The position numbers and the translations under genes are program-made. This document shows positions 39,012-52,566 of a stretch of DNA of 64,000 bases, piece after piece (the stretch's first letter is position 1; each line of letters begins with the position of its first letter). Below the pieces are notes generated by a model. It was not told where the DNA came from. It worked only from the letters and a program-made list of their open reading frames with translations, and did not search any database. This stretch comes from Malacoraja senta (lineage: Eukaryota), in contig CM075989.1 in assembly GCA_038087875.1 (NCBI GenBank), forward strand, positions 23,994,001 to 24,058,000, written 5' to 3'.

Positions 39012-39195
39012 ATTCTAGTCCATTCCCTCCACAGATGCTGCCTGACCCGCTGTCTTTATTTTCCTGTGCTTCCCCCCGCTTGTGTTTGTCACGAAGTTCC
39101 ACATTGAATGCACGTGACTGAGGTTGGATTTCTGCTTGTGATATTGAAAACTTTCAACATTTGAATGAGCCCCGCTAGATAAATGGAGACGTTAC

Positions 39196-39321
39196 CTGAC
39201 GTCTGCAGTGTTGGAGCTCAGACACCAGGCTCTGGGTTCTCACTTTAGCTTCTGCTGCTTCTTCCTTAGCGGCACTGGCAAAGTCGCTGTCCTTGGCTGA
39301 TGCCAACAGCGCATTCTCCAG
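39196..39321 (-). CDS. lmnl3: Lamin LIII exon 5 (126 nt)
   Basis: Long CT tract, then gatag|LENALLASAKDSDFASAAKEEAAEAKVRTQSLVSELQHCRRQ|gtaacg. Confidence 0.92.
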
Positions 39322-39329
39322 CTATCACA

Positions 39330-39412
39330 GAAAGAGAGAAAGAGAGGGAGGGAGAGGGAGGGGGAGAGGGAGGGAGAGAGGGAGAGGGAGGGAGAGAGGG
39401 AGAGGGAGAGAT
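39330..39412. repeat. (GGGAGA/GA)n purine tract, acting as the polypyrimidine tract of lamin exon 5
   Basis: Directly upstream, on the - strand, of the exon-5 acceptor. Confidence 0.85.
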
Positions 39413-40150
39413 GACGAGAGCTGTCGAGATGAGTCATCCTTCTGAAGGTAACCTCATTCTATTTCTTTAAAGAGCAGACGCCTCAATCGTTTAGTTTAGT
39501 TTAGTTTAGAGATACAGCAGGGAAACAGGCCCTTCGGCCCACCGAGTCCACGCCGACCAGCGATCCCCGCACATTAACACTATCCTACACACCATTTACA
39601 GAAGCCAATTAAACTACAAACCTGCAGGTTCTTGTGAAACCGGAGCACTCGGAGAAAATTAAATTATAGTTCATCATTGAACAGTACAACTTTACTTTAG
39701 ACATTAGAGAAACCTTTTCACCCACAGAGTTGTGAATCTGTGGAATTCTCTTCCACAGAAGACAGTGGAGGCCAATTCACTGGATGTTTTCAAGGGAGAA
39801 TTAGATAGAGCTCTTAGGGCTAATAGAATCAAGGGATATGGGGAGAAAGCAGGAACGGGGTACTGATTTTAGATGATCAGCCATGATCATATTGAATGGT
39901 GGTGCTGGGTCGAAGGGCTGAATGGCCTACTCCTGCACCTATTTTTCTAAATTTCTGTGTTTATATGATAACAACTGGGAAGAAACTCTCCCTGAATCTG
40001 GAGGCGTGCGTTTTCAAACTTCTGTACTTCTGGATCTTATGTTAACGTTTGCAAATGGAGTTCTGAATGTATATGGAGTCAGAAAACATTACTCGAGGAA
40101 ATGTAGAAGTTGAAAATTGCTGATTTTACACTCCCACCCACCCCTCGTAA

Positions 40151-40455
40151 GGCACGTGGTGGCGCAGCGGAAGAGTTGCTGCCTTACAGCGTCAGAGACC
40201 CGGGTTCCATCCTGGCCACGGGTGCTGTCTGCACAGAGTTTATATGTTCTCCCCGTGACCGCGTGGGTTTCCCCCGGGTGCTCCGGTTTCCTCCCACACT
40301 CCAAAGACGTGCAGGTTAGTAGGTTAATTGGCTCGGTAAAGATTGTAAATTGTCTCTAGTGTGTTGGATACTGCGTGTGTACGGGGACTGCTGGTCGGCG
40401 CGGACTCGGTGGGACGAAATGCCTATTTCAGCGCAGTATCTCTTAAACTAAAACT
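40151..40455 (+). mobile_element. HE1-like SINE
   Basis: Full-length copy. Confidence 0.85.
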
Positions 40456-40614
40456 ATTAACAATAGCTAACATTTAAAAACATTTATGACAAATATATAT
40501 TTCTTCAAAGCATGAAAACCCGAATAGAACAAGTGTTCCAAGCACAACTAACAAGAAAATATAAGGAGAGATAAGAAAAGGCTTATAATCTTATCAAAAA
40601 GAGCTGTAAGGCAG

Positions 40615-41189
40615 GTTAATAACTGGAAAAAAGTTAATCCTAAAATTCTGGAAAAACGCTCCAATACCAACTATAAACATGTGGATTTCAAATATGTTTG
40701 AAACATTACACCTAGAAGAGATAAGACTCCTCCTGGCAGGTAAACCAGATCACTTCCACCTGACGTGGTCTGCATTTATAGAATTATTACAAGTATAGGG
40801 TGCAAAAGTACTTTAAAAAAACTGAGGTCAGGTAAAGGGGGATGAAAGCTGGAGAGTTGGTATGTCCCATTTACGTGATGCTTATAACAAAGTATTTGTT
40901 TTTCTCTTTTTTCCTCTTTCTTTTTTTTCTTCTTTAGGGTCTATCTCTTAATCCTTTCTTCTTAATTTCTTTTCTACAGGGTCTCTGTTCTTTCCTGTTG
41001 TCACGTTTTTTCACCTTCACTATTTTCCTTCACTTTCTCTTTTTTCTTAATCTCAACCTTTCCTTTTTATCAGTGTAAAAAATGATGGAGTACATTAATT
41101 GTAATAAGATATACGTGATGAGTACTAATGTAATTGGTTGTAATGTAATGTACTTCTAATAAATAAAAATAAAAATAAAAAAAAATTAA
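40615..41189 (+). mobile_element. L1/Tx1-like LINE 3' end with A-rich tail and 19-bp TSD
   Basis: LILKFWKNAPIPTINMWISNMFETLHLEEIR...FHLTWSAF* ORF2 C-terminus. TSD aaaaagagctgtaaggcag at 40596-40614 and 41190-41208. Confidence 0.8.
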
Positions 41190-42939
41190 AAAAAGAGCTG
41201 TAAGGCAGAGTGATGGGGCATGTAAAAAAATGACAAGTGGACCGAGATGTTGATAAGGAAACGCAAGGTGTAATGTGGGAGCAATTTACCAAATAACATG
41301 AAGACAGACTGTGAAAACTTCTGTAGATATGCAGAAAGGATAAAGGTTAACGACAGCTAATATATATCCCTTACAGACATCCAGGAGGGATTATTCTGGG
41401 GAACAAGGAAATGGCTGAGAAATTAGACAAATATTTTATGTCTGTCTTCATACAAGACTCAGGAAAAATAACGGAGGACAGCAGGTAAAAGAATGTGTGA
41501 GCAGCTGAAAAGTATTAGCACCATTTTTTTTTTTTAAGTATTAGAGAAATTTACATGTCTGAAAGTTGTCAAATACCAGAACCTGATGAGCTGTGTTCCA
41601 ATGTTTAGTTGAGTGGGAAGGAACTGCAGATGCTGCTTTAAACCGAAGATAGACACAAAATGCTGGAGTAACTCAGTGGGACAGGCAGCGTCTCTGGCGA
41701 GAAGGAACGGGTGACGTTTCGGGTCAAGACTCTTCTTCAGACGGAGAAGGATCCTTCTGAAGAAGAATCTCGACCCGAAACGTCACCCGTTCCTTCTCGC
41801 CAGAGATGCTGCCTGTCCCGCTGAGTTACTCCAGCATTTTGTGTCTATATTCAGTGTTTAGCTGAGTTTAGTTTAGAGATACAGTGTGAAAACATATATC
41901 GAGTCCGCACCGACCAGTGATCCCTTCACACTAACACTATCCTACACACACTCGGGACAATTTACAATTTGAGAACGTACAGACTGCACCCGTAGTCAGG
42001 ATTGTACCCGGGTCACCGGCACTGTCAGATAGCAACTCAACCGCTGCGTCACCGTGCCGACCTCTTGTTGCCCAGCTAATTCTGATCAATGGTTCACACC
42101 AAAGAACTGATCCAAATAAAGCAAGTATTATAACTAAATTGACAGAACGAGCTAAGAATAGCACATTATTATCAGTTAACCAGCAACCATATAAATGACA
42201 ATGGCTCATGGTACTATAGGCATTAACATTTTTCTAGGATTTTGTGTTATTGATATCAAGTGACGTTGCATACAAGTAAGACCATGATCTTGGAAGGTAC
42301 TGGGCTCCTCATTTTTCTTTCATATTAATTTTAAAAACTTCATCCTTATGGTATGCAGGTCTTGGTGGATAAACGCCAAATAAATTCCTTTCCATTGTGG
42401 GAAACCACAGATGGAGACGAGAGGATTACACAGCGGCCAAACTTTCCACTTGGAAATCCTAAGTGCATGAGGCAAGTGGATCTGCACAGTAGTAGAAGCA
42501 GAAAGTCTTGAAATACGACCAAATACCTCTCCCCAGTATTGACAATATGTTCTGGGAGGCGTATAGACAGGAGAGACAGATCATCTCAGCATATTATTTA
42601 ACGGCATAAAACACAGAAAATGAATCTTCATTTCAAACGGACTCTGACACTCCATCTTCAAACCACAATAGTTAACACTGTGGCGGGGTCGAGGAACGAG
42701 CGTTCACGTCGCGGCCCTGATTCCACCAATCTTTCCACCACCAAGCACAAGAAGCGCAAGGCAGACACCATTGTATGCAGATGTCGAGAAGTGTGTTCAA
42801 CTCTGGCTGAACAACTTCTTACCTTGTGTGTGGACTCGACAAGAAGAAGAAACCTGTGGCACTAAAATTAATCTTACTCCAAATGGATCTTGATCCGTTT
42901 AAAGCCTTTAAATAAATTAAAAACAATCCTGTCTAACAA

Positions 42940-43345
42940 TAGAAATATAGAAACAAAGAGAATAGGTGCAGGAGTAGGCCATTCGGCCCTTCAAGCCATT
43001 CAATATAATCATGGTTGATCATCCAAAATCAGTACCCCGTTCCGGCTTTCTGCCCATATCCCTTCATTCCGTTAGCCCAAAGAGCTAAATCTAACTATCT
43101 CTTGAAAACATCCAATGAATTGGCCTCCACTGCCTTCTGTGGCAGAGAATTCCACAGATTCACAACTCTCTGGGTGATTTTTTTTTTCCTCATCTCAGTC
43201 CTACATGGCCTGCCCTTTATTCTTAAACTGCGACCCCAGGTTCTGGATTCCCACAACATCGGGAACATTTTTCCTGCATCTAGCCTGTCCAACTTTACAT
43301 GTTGATCCCCTCTCATCCTTCTAAATTCCAGTGATTATAAGCCCA
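42940..43345 (-). mobile_element. CR1 3' fragment
   Basis: ORF 43095-43316 contains RLDAGKMFPM...QRVVNLWNSLP. Confidence 0.85.
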
Positions 43346-45172
43346 GAGATGTAACCAGGTGATAAATTAGATTATTTCATAATACTTCATCATAATTCTG
43401 TAATCCCTAAAGTGACAGGGTTGTAACAGGGCCGTTACCAATAACACCACAATAGTCCAAATCAGCAGCTCACCATCACTGGTCAAAAACAATCAAGGAA
43501 GGAATCAAGCATGTACATTGCTGATGACTATGGTTAACAATATATATATTTTAAGTCAACAAAGTGAAAAAGCTCTTGCCACAAGGAACTTGCTCAGAGT
43601 AGTCATAGAACATAGAAAAGTATAAGGTAGACACAAAATGCTGGAGTAACTCAGCGGGACAGGCAGCATCGCTGGATACAAGGAATGGGTGAGATTTTGG
43701 GTCGAGAGCCTTCTTCAATCTGATAACAGATTCCAGAGACTCTGCCTGTCCCGTTGAGTTACTCCAGCATTTTGTGTCTACCTTCGATTTAAACCAGCAT
43801 CTGCAGTTCTTTCCTTCACATAGAAAAGTATAACACAGGAACAGGCTTCTTCAGACTGAAGAAATGGTCTCGACCCGAAACGTCACCCATTTTCTCTCTC
43901 CAGAGATGCCTGCTGTCCCGCTGAGTTACTCCAGCATTTTGTGCCTATCTTTGGCATCTGCAGTTCCTTCCGACACAACAGGCCCTTTAGCCTGCCATGT
44001 CCGTGCCGAACCTGATGCTCAGATTAACTAATCCCCTCCGCCTGCATGCGATCCTCACCTCCTCCATTACGTACACATCCCCGTGCCTATCTAATAGCCA
44101 CTCAAACGCCACTACGGTATCTGCCTCCACCACCACCCCTGGCAGCGCCTTCCAGGCACCATAACCTTTATCACCCTATTTTAAAAGGTGTTTCTCCAAA
44201 ATGGTACCAGTTCCTTGCTATGAACCTTGTCCATTGGGTTGTACGGATGTTGAACGTTACCTGACCTGTTTTTGATCCTCATGCACTGTGTGTTTTTCTT
44301 GGTCAAGATTCCAGCATCTGCAGTTCCCTGCAGCCCGGCCACCCTGACTCCATAAACACCACAAGCCTTGATCAAGGCAGGATGAGCAACCTTGCCTGAG
44401 GAATTTGGGGAAGGTGCTCTGGGTGGCCCCGAGTTCCCAGCAGCCGAGCCAACATAAAAAGCTATTTTTAAAACGTATTATAACATTGATAATGAGCATC
44501 CCTTGTAGAGAGAGACAGAGTGTTGAGTTTCAGATACAGCCGGTGACTAAGTGATAGACCCTGGCAAAGCTACACTCACTGTTCTATATTTATGCATGGC
44601 ATAAATTCTCTGGAAACTTCTGCCTAATTGTTTATATATTATCATGCCCGAGTCACCCCAGTGAAGATCACAAGGCAGTCATTTATAAGTTCATAAGTTA
44701 TAGGAGCAGAATTAGGCCATTCAGCTCATCAAGTCTACTCTGCCATTCAATCATGGCTGATCAATCTTTCCCTCCTAACCCCATTCTCATGCCTCCCCCC
44801 CCCCTCCCCCCCATAACCCTTGACTGTGCTAATCAAGAATCTATCCATGCTTTAAAAATATCAATTGACGGCCTCCACAGCCGTCTGTGGAAATGAATTC
44901 CACAGATTCACCACCCTCCTCATCTCCTTTCCAAAGGTAAGTCATTTTATTCCAAGTTGTGCCCTCTGGTTCAAGACTCTCCCACTGGTGGAAACATCCT
45001 CCCCACATCTACTCTATCCTGGCCAATATCTCCCTCTCCCCTGACTCTCAGTCTGAAGAAGAGTCTCGACCCGAAACGTCACCCATTCCTTCTCTCCAGA
45101 GATGCAGCCTGTCCAGCTGAGTTACTCCAGCATTTTGTGCCTATCTCCATACATTTTGGGATGGTACGTTAC

Positions 45173-45343
45173 CTTGGTGTGGAAGCTTCTCTCCAGCTGC
45201 CCCCTGTACTGTTTGATTTGCTCAGACTGATCTCCCCTCAGTTTCTGAAGAACCTCACTCAGCTGCCGCTCATTTTCCACCTGATGAACAATTTCCGTTT
45301 CTTCGCGCCTCACTTCGTGCTTTCTCTTGACTTCAGTAATTTC
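45173..45343 (-). CDS. lmnl3: Lamin LIII exon 4 (171 nt)
   Basis: ccgcag|EITEVKRKHEVRREETEIVHQVENERQLSEVLQKLRGDQSEQIKQYRGQLERSFHTK|gtaacg. Confidence 0.92.
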
Positions 45344-47695
45344 CTGCGGACATCACAAAGTAGTCAATCAGCTGGTTAATTCAACTGCGGGATGTACATA
45401 TTTAAACTGAGCATAAAACCACAACGGTGGCGCAGCGTTAGAGTTGCTGCCTCACGATGCCAGAGAACCAGGGTCGATCCTGACTAACGAGGGCTGTCTG
45501 TATGGATTGTACGCAGGTCACGTGGAGAACGTACAAACTTCGCACAGACAGCACCCGTGGTCAGGATCGAACCTGGGTCTCTGACACTGAGAGGGATCCT
45601 GAAGGTGGCCTGACAGGATGGGCACTGGTTTTGAAAGGGTTAATGAGGAGAGGGCATCTCTGGAAGGAGAATCTAGAAGCAGGGCGCATTGCAACAAGGT
45701 TTATGGCAGGTATACCTTTAGTCGCATAATGTCATGAGCCTTTAGAACTCTCTCCTTCAAAAGATTGCAGTGAGTCCACGAGTGCTTAAGGTGAGTTGAG
45801 TTCATTGTCACGTGAACCAAGGTACAGTGAAAAGCTTTAGTTGCGTGCTAACCAGTCAGCAGAAAGATAATGCATAATTACAATTGTGCCGTCCACAGTG
45901 CATTGATACAGGATAAAGGAAATTATGTGAATAACATTTAGTACGTTCTCAAGAGAGAGTTAGATTTAGCTCTTTGGGGCTTAAGGAATCAAGGGATATG
46001 GGGAAAAAGCAGGAATGGGGTACTGATTTAAGATGATCAGCAATAACCATATTGAATGGCGGTACTGGCTTGAAGGACCAATGGCCTATTCCTGCACCTG
46101 TTGTCTATGTCTCTATGTTTCTATGAAGCCAGTATAGTCCGAGGATCTCCAATGTGGTAGAGAGTAGTTGTGGGCCGCTCTCCAGTTGGGTTGATCCTTC
46201 ACTGGCATCAGGAGATATAACCAGTCAGCAGAGAGACAATACATGATTACAATCGAGCCATCCACAGTGTACAGATACATGATGAAGGGAATACTGTGAA
46301 TAATGTTTAGTACTAGATAGAGTCTTATAGTTTAAGATAAAGTCTGAAAGTAGCGATAGATAGATACTCGTTGAGCAAGGGGTGAAAGCTTATCGTGGTC
46401 GTCAGGGATGTCCATCTGAGGTTACAATCAGTTCACTCACAATCTTATTTGTATGTAACTTCCCCCAGTGGACATTGATGTTTGCTTGTACTAATGGTAT
46501 CTTAACCTCTACCACTGAACAAAGGAATGTAGAGTATTCATTCAGCATTTGTTTAAAACATTATAGTCCCACCTGTGTCCGTCGCTCATGGGAGAACATT
46601 TCCCTTGACTAATGTTTTTCTCAATATACAGTCCTACCAATGTTTAATATGGTCAGAAGGATTCTTTACTGAGAAGATGACACTGACTATTTGTCAGTAA
46701 TGCAAACAGCCATTACAAAGACACTGCTTAAAACATNNNNNNNNNNNNNNNNNNNNNNNNNNNNNNNNNNNNNNNNNNNNNNNNNNNNNNNNNNNNNNNN
46801 NNNNNNNNNNNNNNNNNNNNNNNNNNNNNNNNNNNNNNNNNNNNNNNNNNNNNNNNNNNNNNNNNNNNNNNNNNNNNNNNNNNNNNNNNNNNNNNNNNNN
46901 NNNNNNNNNNNNNNNNNNNNNNNNNNNNNNNNNNNNNNNNNNNNNNNNNNNNNNNNNNNNNNNNNNNNNNNNNNNNNNNNNNNNNNNNNNNNNNNNNNNN
47001 NNNNNNNNNNNNNNNNNNNNNNNNNNNNNNNNNNNNNNNNNNNNNNNNNNNNNNNNNNNNNNNNNNNNNNNNNNNNNNNNNNNNNNNNNNNNNNNNNNNN
47101 NNNNNNNNNNNNNNNNNNNNNNNNNNNNNNNNNNNNNNNNNCTCTCTCCACCTCTCTCTCTGTGATTTAACACTGCCACATTTAGACAAAGACAACAATA
47201 CTCTCCACATACAGTAATAACGATCTAAGATATACCATCAGAAGTATTGGGCCTTTGCCATTTAATTCCACAATATCATTGGAATGAACAAAACAAACCA
47301 GTAACATTTTGTTATCAATTACATTTATCGCTATAATAGTCCAATAATAATAATATTTATCACAATAAATAGTCTAATTTTGCTCATTTGGGTAACCAAT
47401 AACAACTTTTATTGCTAACTATTTTATTATCACTTAAAAAAAAAAAATCTCTCCCTTTAATTTTATGTTAATTCTCAATATGTCAATTTATTGAACTTTC
47501 AGGTTGCAGAATATCAAATTTTGCATCAAATAAGCCTTTTAGCTTGGAATTGTCACTAATGTTTTTTAGCTGCTCAAGATTGGTACATGATGGAGTTTGA
47601 TCCTTTTAAAGGGTGCAGCATAACTTGTGTTAAGCGTGTAAATTAGAAGGTCATGATTATATTTTTTAATATTTGGAATTTTACTCAACTTTTTT

Positions 47696-47967
47696 TAGTT
47701 TAGAAATACAATGTAGAAACAGGCCCACCGAGGCCGCACCGACCACAATCACCAATACATTAGTTCCATCCCACACACTAGTGAGAAGCCAATTAACCTA
47801 CCATCCTGCAAGTCTTTGTGTGGGAGGAAACGGGAGCCCCTGGAGAAAACCCACACGGTCACGGGGAGAACGTACAAACTCCGTACAGACAGCACCAGTA
47901 GTCAGGATCAAACCCAGGTCTCTGGCGCTGTGAGGCAGCAACTCTACCGCTGCGCCACCATGCTGCC
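47696..47967 (-). mobile_element. HE1-like SINE
   Basis: Reverse-complement copy; further copies at 48201-48460 (+) and 48890-49125 (-). Confidence 0.8.
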
Positions 47968-49330
47968 AAATGTTTTCTATGCACTCTGAACCAAATAAGC
48001 AAAACCTTCCTGGAATGGCTGCATCACCTTTGAGTTCCTTAATCTTATTTTCTCTCCTGCACGTCTCAAATCCTGTCTAATTTTGAGGGTGTGCCAACAG
48101 GCAGAGATTTCACTTATTTTTCTTTGCATTTTCAAATGCTTCATTTGACGGGCCCTTTTCCTCAGACGGGAAAAAACCTGCTCTACCCAGCAGTGTTACA
48201 GGGTGGCACAATGGTAGAGTTGCTGCCTCACACAGGGCCAGAGACCCGGGTTCGATCCCGATTATGAGTACGTTCTCCCAGTGCCTGTGTGGGTTTCCTC
48301 TGGGTGTTCCGGTCTCCCCCCACATCCCAAAGGCAGTCAAGTTTGTAGGTTTATTGGCCCCCGTGTGTAGGATTGAACTAGTGTACGGGTGATCGCTGGT
48401 TGGCGTGGACTCGGTAGGCCAAAGAGCCTGTTTCCAAGCTGTATCTCTAAACTAAACAACACTAAACAGCGACCAATCTGACAAGAACACAGCCCTCCCA
48501 GTGGGATGAGTCATGCCATCTATCGGCTCTGGAAATCACGCAGCGTCTCAGCTGTTCAGGGCTCTGGGTAAAGAGAACCACATTCCACTGAAGTCATTTC
48601 TTTCAACACTCGGCATAACCTTCTGAGTATTACATGCTTTAAATTATAAATGAATCCTGTGCGTGGAAGGATAATCACACCTCTTTATTGTGTTCGATGT
48701 GCCGCACACTATTAGCACAATTATTTGGGAAGGACATCAAGTCTCTCTCTGCGTATTGGCACAGGTTACATTATAAAGTTCAATATTTCACCAACACATT
48801 CTGCTGTTTTCTGCAAGATTCTCAGATAGTTAATTGTGATCAATACCTTTCTTACAATGTATTTCAAACAGAAGAAATCAGACCATACCAGCAATCCCCA
48901 CACACTAACACTGTCCTGCACACACTAGGGACAATTTACAATTGGCAGAAGCCAATTAACCTACAAAATTGCACGTCTTTGGAATGTGGGAGGGAGCCGG
49001 AGCACCCGGGGAAATCCCATGCAGGTCACAGGGAGAACGTGCAAACTCCGTACAGACAGCACCTTTGTTCAGGATCGAACCCGGGTCTCTGGTGCTGTAA
49101 AGCAACAACTCTACCGGTGTGCCACCCATCAACAGCATTGAAGATGGTTTTAAATGGGCACATGGATATGCAAGGAATGGAGGGATATGGATCAGGTGTC
49201 GTGGAGATTAGTTGAACGACATGATGTTTGCCACCCACACTGTGGTCTAAAGAGCTTGTTCCCTGTGCTCTTTGTTCTACCTTCTACGCACTATGAAGTA
49301 TTTGGGATTCCCCGTGATTTCAGTACATAC

Positions 49331-49456
49331 CTTCTCGTGGAGGCTTTTCTGGAAATCTAACTGCACCTGCAATGCTTGCGTTTTGTTTTCCAGGTCACAT
49401 CTCCGTAACATTTCATCTTGCAGCTGTGTTTTGGTGTCATGGACGATTGCATTAGC
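49331..49456 (-). CDS. lmnl3: Lamin LIII exon 3 (126 nt)
   Basis: cctag|ANAIVHDTKTQLQDEMLRRCDLENKTQALQVQLDFQKSLHEK|gtatgt; the DEMLRR.DLEN motif is lamin-typical. Intron 2 is 90 bp. Confidence 0.93.
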
Positions 49457-49546
49457 CTAGGTTAAAATAGAAAAGACAACGCAGCTCTGAGCGTTCGTTC
49501 CTTCTGACGAGGATGGGGATGAACGTGGCCGATACAGAGTGCCTAC

Positions 49547-49703
49547 ATTAGCCAGCTGAGCTTGGACTTCCAGCAGTTCACTCTCCAAATGCCTCTTCTC
49601 ACCCAGTGATGTGGACAGCTGCGTCTTGTTGTAATTCAGCGCCAATTCCCGCTCTCTCAACAGCGTTAAAGCAGATTCCAACTCCGACTCCTTTTTTGCA
49701 GTT
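49547..49703 (-). CDS. lmnl3: Lamin LIII exon 2 (157 nt)
   Basis: ctttcag|A TAKKESELESALTLLRERELALNYNKTQLSTSLGEKRHLESELLEVQAQLAN|gtagg; canonical lamin exon-2 length and phase. Confidence 0.93.
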
Positions 49704-50399
49704 CTGAAAGAATATAATATTACTTTCAGTTTATTTGATTTTCACTTCAACTTTCCCCACTCAAACTAGATATCGGACACCCTTTAAAAATTAATTTGAT
49801 ATGAAAACACACATGCTGCTTTTGGAAGGATCTGTGGCAAAATCATTTAAAGCAAAGGACTCTTCACAATTTGATTAAAATAAAACAGCAGGTGGCAGAA
49901 ATTGAAACTACAGCTGAAGCCTGCTCCCTCTTCTTTTCCAGTTTATACAATCCCTTCTCATAATTCCACGCTTCTGGCAGCTCCTGATGGTACCCTGCCC
50001 TGCACTGCTGAAAGTAGAACCTCATTAAACACCATTAGACCAGTTGTTGAGGCAGCAATACCTCAACATTCTGGGCCACACCACCCTGGCCTCGCGCCCA
50101 TTCACTCCTGCCATTGCGAAGAAGGTAAACGGCTTCTTCTTCCCTACAACGATCAGGCCATTAAACACTATAACTTCCAAATGAGTTCCAAACTACATAG
50201 ACTTTGGGCATTGTTTATATATAATGTTGGGGTGGGAGATTGCAACCTTCACGTGGTCCGCCTTTCAATGAATGCAATCAACCTGGCGTGCACAATCAAA
50301 TAAGATCATATAGAACAAGTTGTCCTCCAACTTTAAGCTGTGCACGCCATACGCAAGAAGAAGATACATAATGTGTGTGTGTGTGTATATTATATATGT

Positions 50400-50720
50400 A
50401 CATAGATACATAGAAAATAGGTGCAGGAGTAGGCCATTCGGCCCTTCGAGCCTGCACCGCCATTCAATATGATCATGGCTGATCATCCAACTCAGTATCC
50501 CGTACCTGCCTTCTCTCCATACCCCCTGATCCCTTTAGCCACAAGGGCCACATCTAACTCCCTCTTAAATATAGCCAATGAACTGGCCTCAACTACCCTA
50601 TGTGGCAGAGAGTCCCAGAGATTCACCACTCTCTGTGTGAAAAAGTTTTTCCTCATCTCGGTCTTAAAGGATTTCCCCCTTATCCTTAAGCTGTGACCCC
50701 TTGTCCTGGACTTCCCCAAC
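50400..50720 (-). mobile_element. CR1 3' fragment, same subfamily as 1500-3180
   Basis: GKSRTRGHSLRIRGKSFKTEMRKNFFTQRVV. Confidence 0.9.
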
Positions 50721-50741
50721 GTGACGTACAAACTGTATACA

Positions 50742-51290
50742 TATCATCATCATCGGCGGTCACTCGAAATGAGTATGACTGCCCTCTCCTCTCCATAGGG
50801 TCGTCTACTTGTGGGTCTGCAGATGTCTGTAGAGGCCGATCCGCGATCCACGCACCTTGGTGCAACGTGGGCAGTGGAGACTGGCGGTGGTTGGTAGTCG
50901 TCGAGCTCCCTTCTCTCTCTCCTTACGGTGCTGTCGCTTTGTCTCTGCGACACGGCGTAGTTCCGTTTCGTGACGTGCAGCTCCTTCCTGCACGGATTTC
51001 CTCCAGGAGCTCCTGTCCAGTGCAATGTGCTCCCAGTTGCTCGATGTGATGTGGGATTTCTTCAGACTGTTCTTGACATTGTCCTTGAAGCGTTTCTTTG
51101 GCCCACCGGGGGCTCGCCAACCTTCCTTCAGTTGAGAGTACAGGATGTGTTTAGGGAGACGTGTGTTGGACATGCGGATGACATGGCCAGTCCATTGATG
51201 TTGGTGCTGCATTGTTGTGGTGGTGATGCGGGTCATGGTGGCTTCCTCCAAAACGCTGACGTTGGTGCGTTTGTCCTCCCAGCTGAATAC
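50742..51290 (-). mobile_element. RTE-clade LINE 3' end
   Basis: W.GHV.RM...RLPK.ILYSQL..G.R..GGPKKRFKD, a C-terminal CPRC...H zinc-finger-like motif, and a (GAT)n tail. Confidence 0.85.
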
Positions 51291-51622
51291 TGTATTCATA
51301 TACACACGCACACACACTCACACAATGCGTAGGAAGGAACTGCAGATGCTGGTTTACACTGAAGATACACACAAAATGCTGGAGTAACTCAGCGGGACAG
51401 GCAGCATCTCTGGAGAAAAGGAATGGGTGACGTTTCGGGTCGAGACTCTTCTTCAGATTGAAGTGTTTCGCATAAGGTTCCAGCATCTGCATTTCATTTT
51501 GTGTTTTCACTTATAAAAGGGCTGACACAAAGAACAGACTTTGTTTTGAAGATGGGTCTTGAGTCGACCCGAAACATCTCACAGAGTCTCTCACCTGTTT
51601 TGGGAAGAATTTCTGGCTGTTT

Positions 51623-51843
51623 CTGAGCTGCCAGCCCACCAGGCCTGAGTGACTGAGCTGCCAGCCCACCAGGCCTGAGTGACTGAGCTGCCAGCCCACC
51701 AGGCCTGAGTGACTGAGCTGCCAGCCCACCAGGCCTGAGTGACTGAGCTGCCAGCCCACCAGGCCTGAGTGACTGAGCTGCCAGCCCACCAGGCCTGAGT
51801 GACTGAGCTGCCAGCCCACCAGGCCTGAGTGACTGAGCTGCCA
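51623..51843. repeat. 30-bp minisatellite, 7.4 perfect copies
   Basis: ctgagctgccagcccaccaggcctgagtga repeated. Confidence 0.95.
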
Positions 51844-52566
51844 CCCAAGAATCCATTCGGCCCACAATGTCCATACTAGCCCTCTGGAAACCAGTCCCTT
51901 CGGCCCACAACACCCATACTAGCGCTCCAGAATCTTTTAAAATCTTTTCCCTGTATGGAGGACCCGACCTTTCCCTGTCGGGTCCGTTGTCGTTGGGGCC
52001 TAGCACCGTGGAGAGGCCTCCAACCGGAATGACCTGGGGCTCCAGTCGCGGTGCCTGCGGACTACTCACCATCGCGGAGCTGGCCGAGTTCGGAACGTGG
52101 AGAGCTGTGGTGGCGCGCGGCTGCGACCCGACCCCGGAGATTCGGAGGCTCCAGCCGCAGGCCCGGTGGACGGTAACATCGGGAGCTCGCGGGTCCCTGG
52201 TGGGAGACCGCTTTTCGGAGCTCCCGCAACGGCAACTTCTCCCGCCCGAGTTGCGGGGTTGAAAATGACCTGGAGCGGGATCTTACATCGCCCGGCGCAG
52301 CTTTAATGGCCGCGGGACTTGCTAGCGCCCGCCGGGGGCTCCAACATCAAGACCCGGAGCGCGGCCTTGCATCGCCCGGCGCGGCTTTAATGGCCGCGGG
52401 ACTTATTTACCATCGCCCGCTGGGGGCTTTGACTCTGACAACGGGAAGAGAATGTGGAGTGCAGGGGAGAGATAAGACTTTGCCTTCCATCACAGTGAGG
52501 AGGAGATTCGCTGTGATGGATGTTTGTGTAAATTGTGTCGTGTCTTGGTTCTTCTACTTGTTTGTA

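Noticed and set aside
42420-42900. Possible decayed transposase with Cys-rich end
   Set aside because: No recognisable catalytic motif or termini; cannot be supported without a profile search.
51494-52072. ORFs with AAQSLRPGGL repeats
   Set aside because: Translation of the 30-bp minisatellite.
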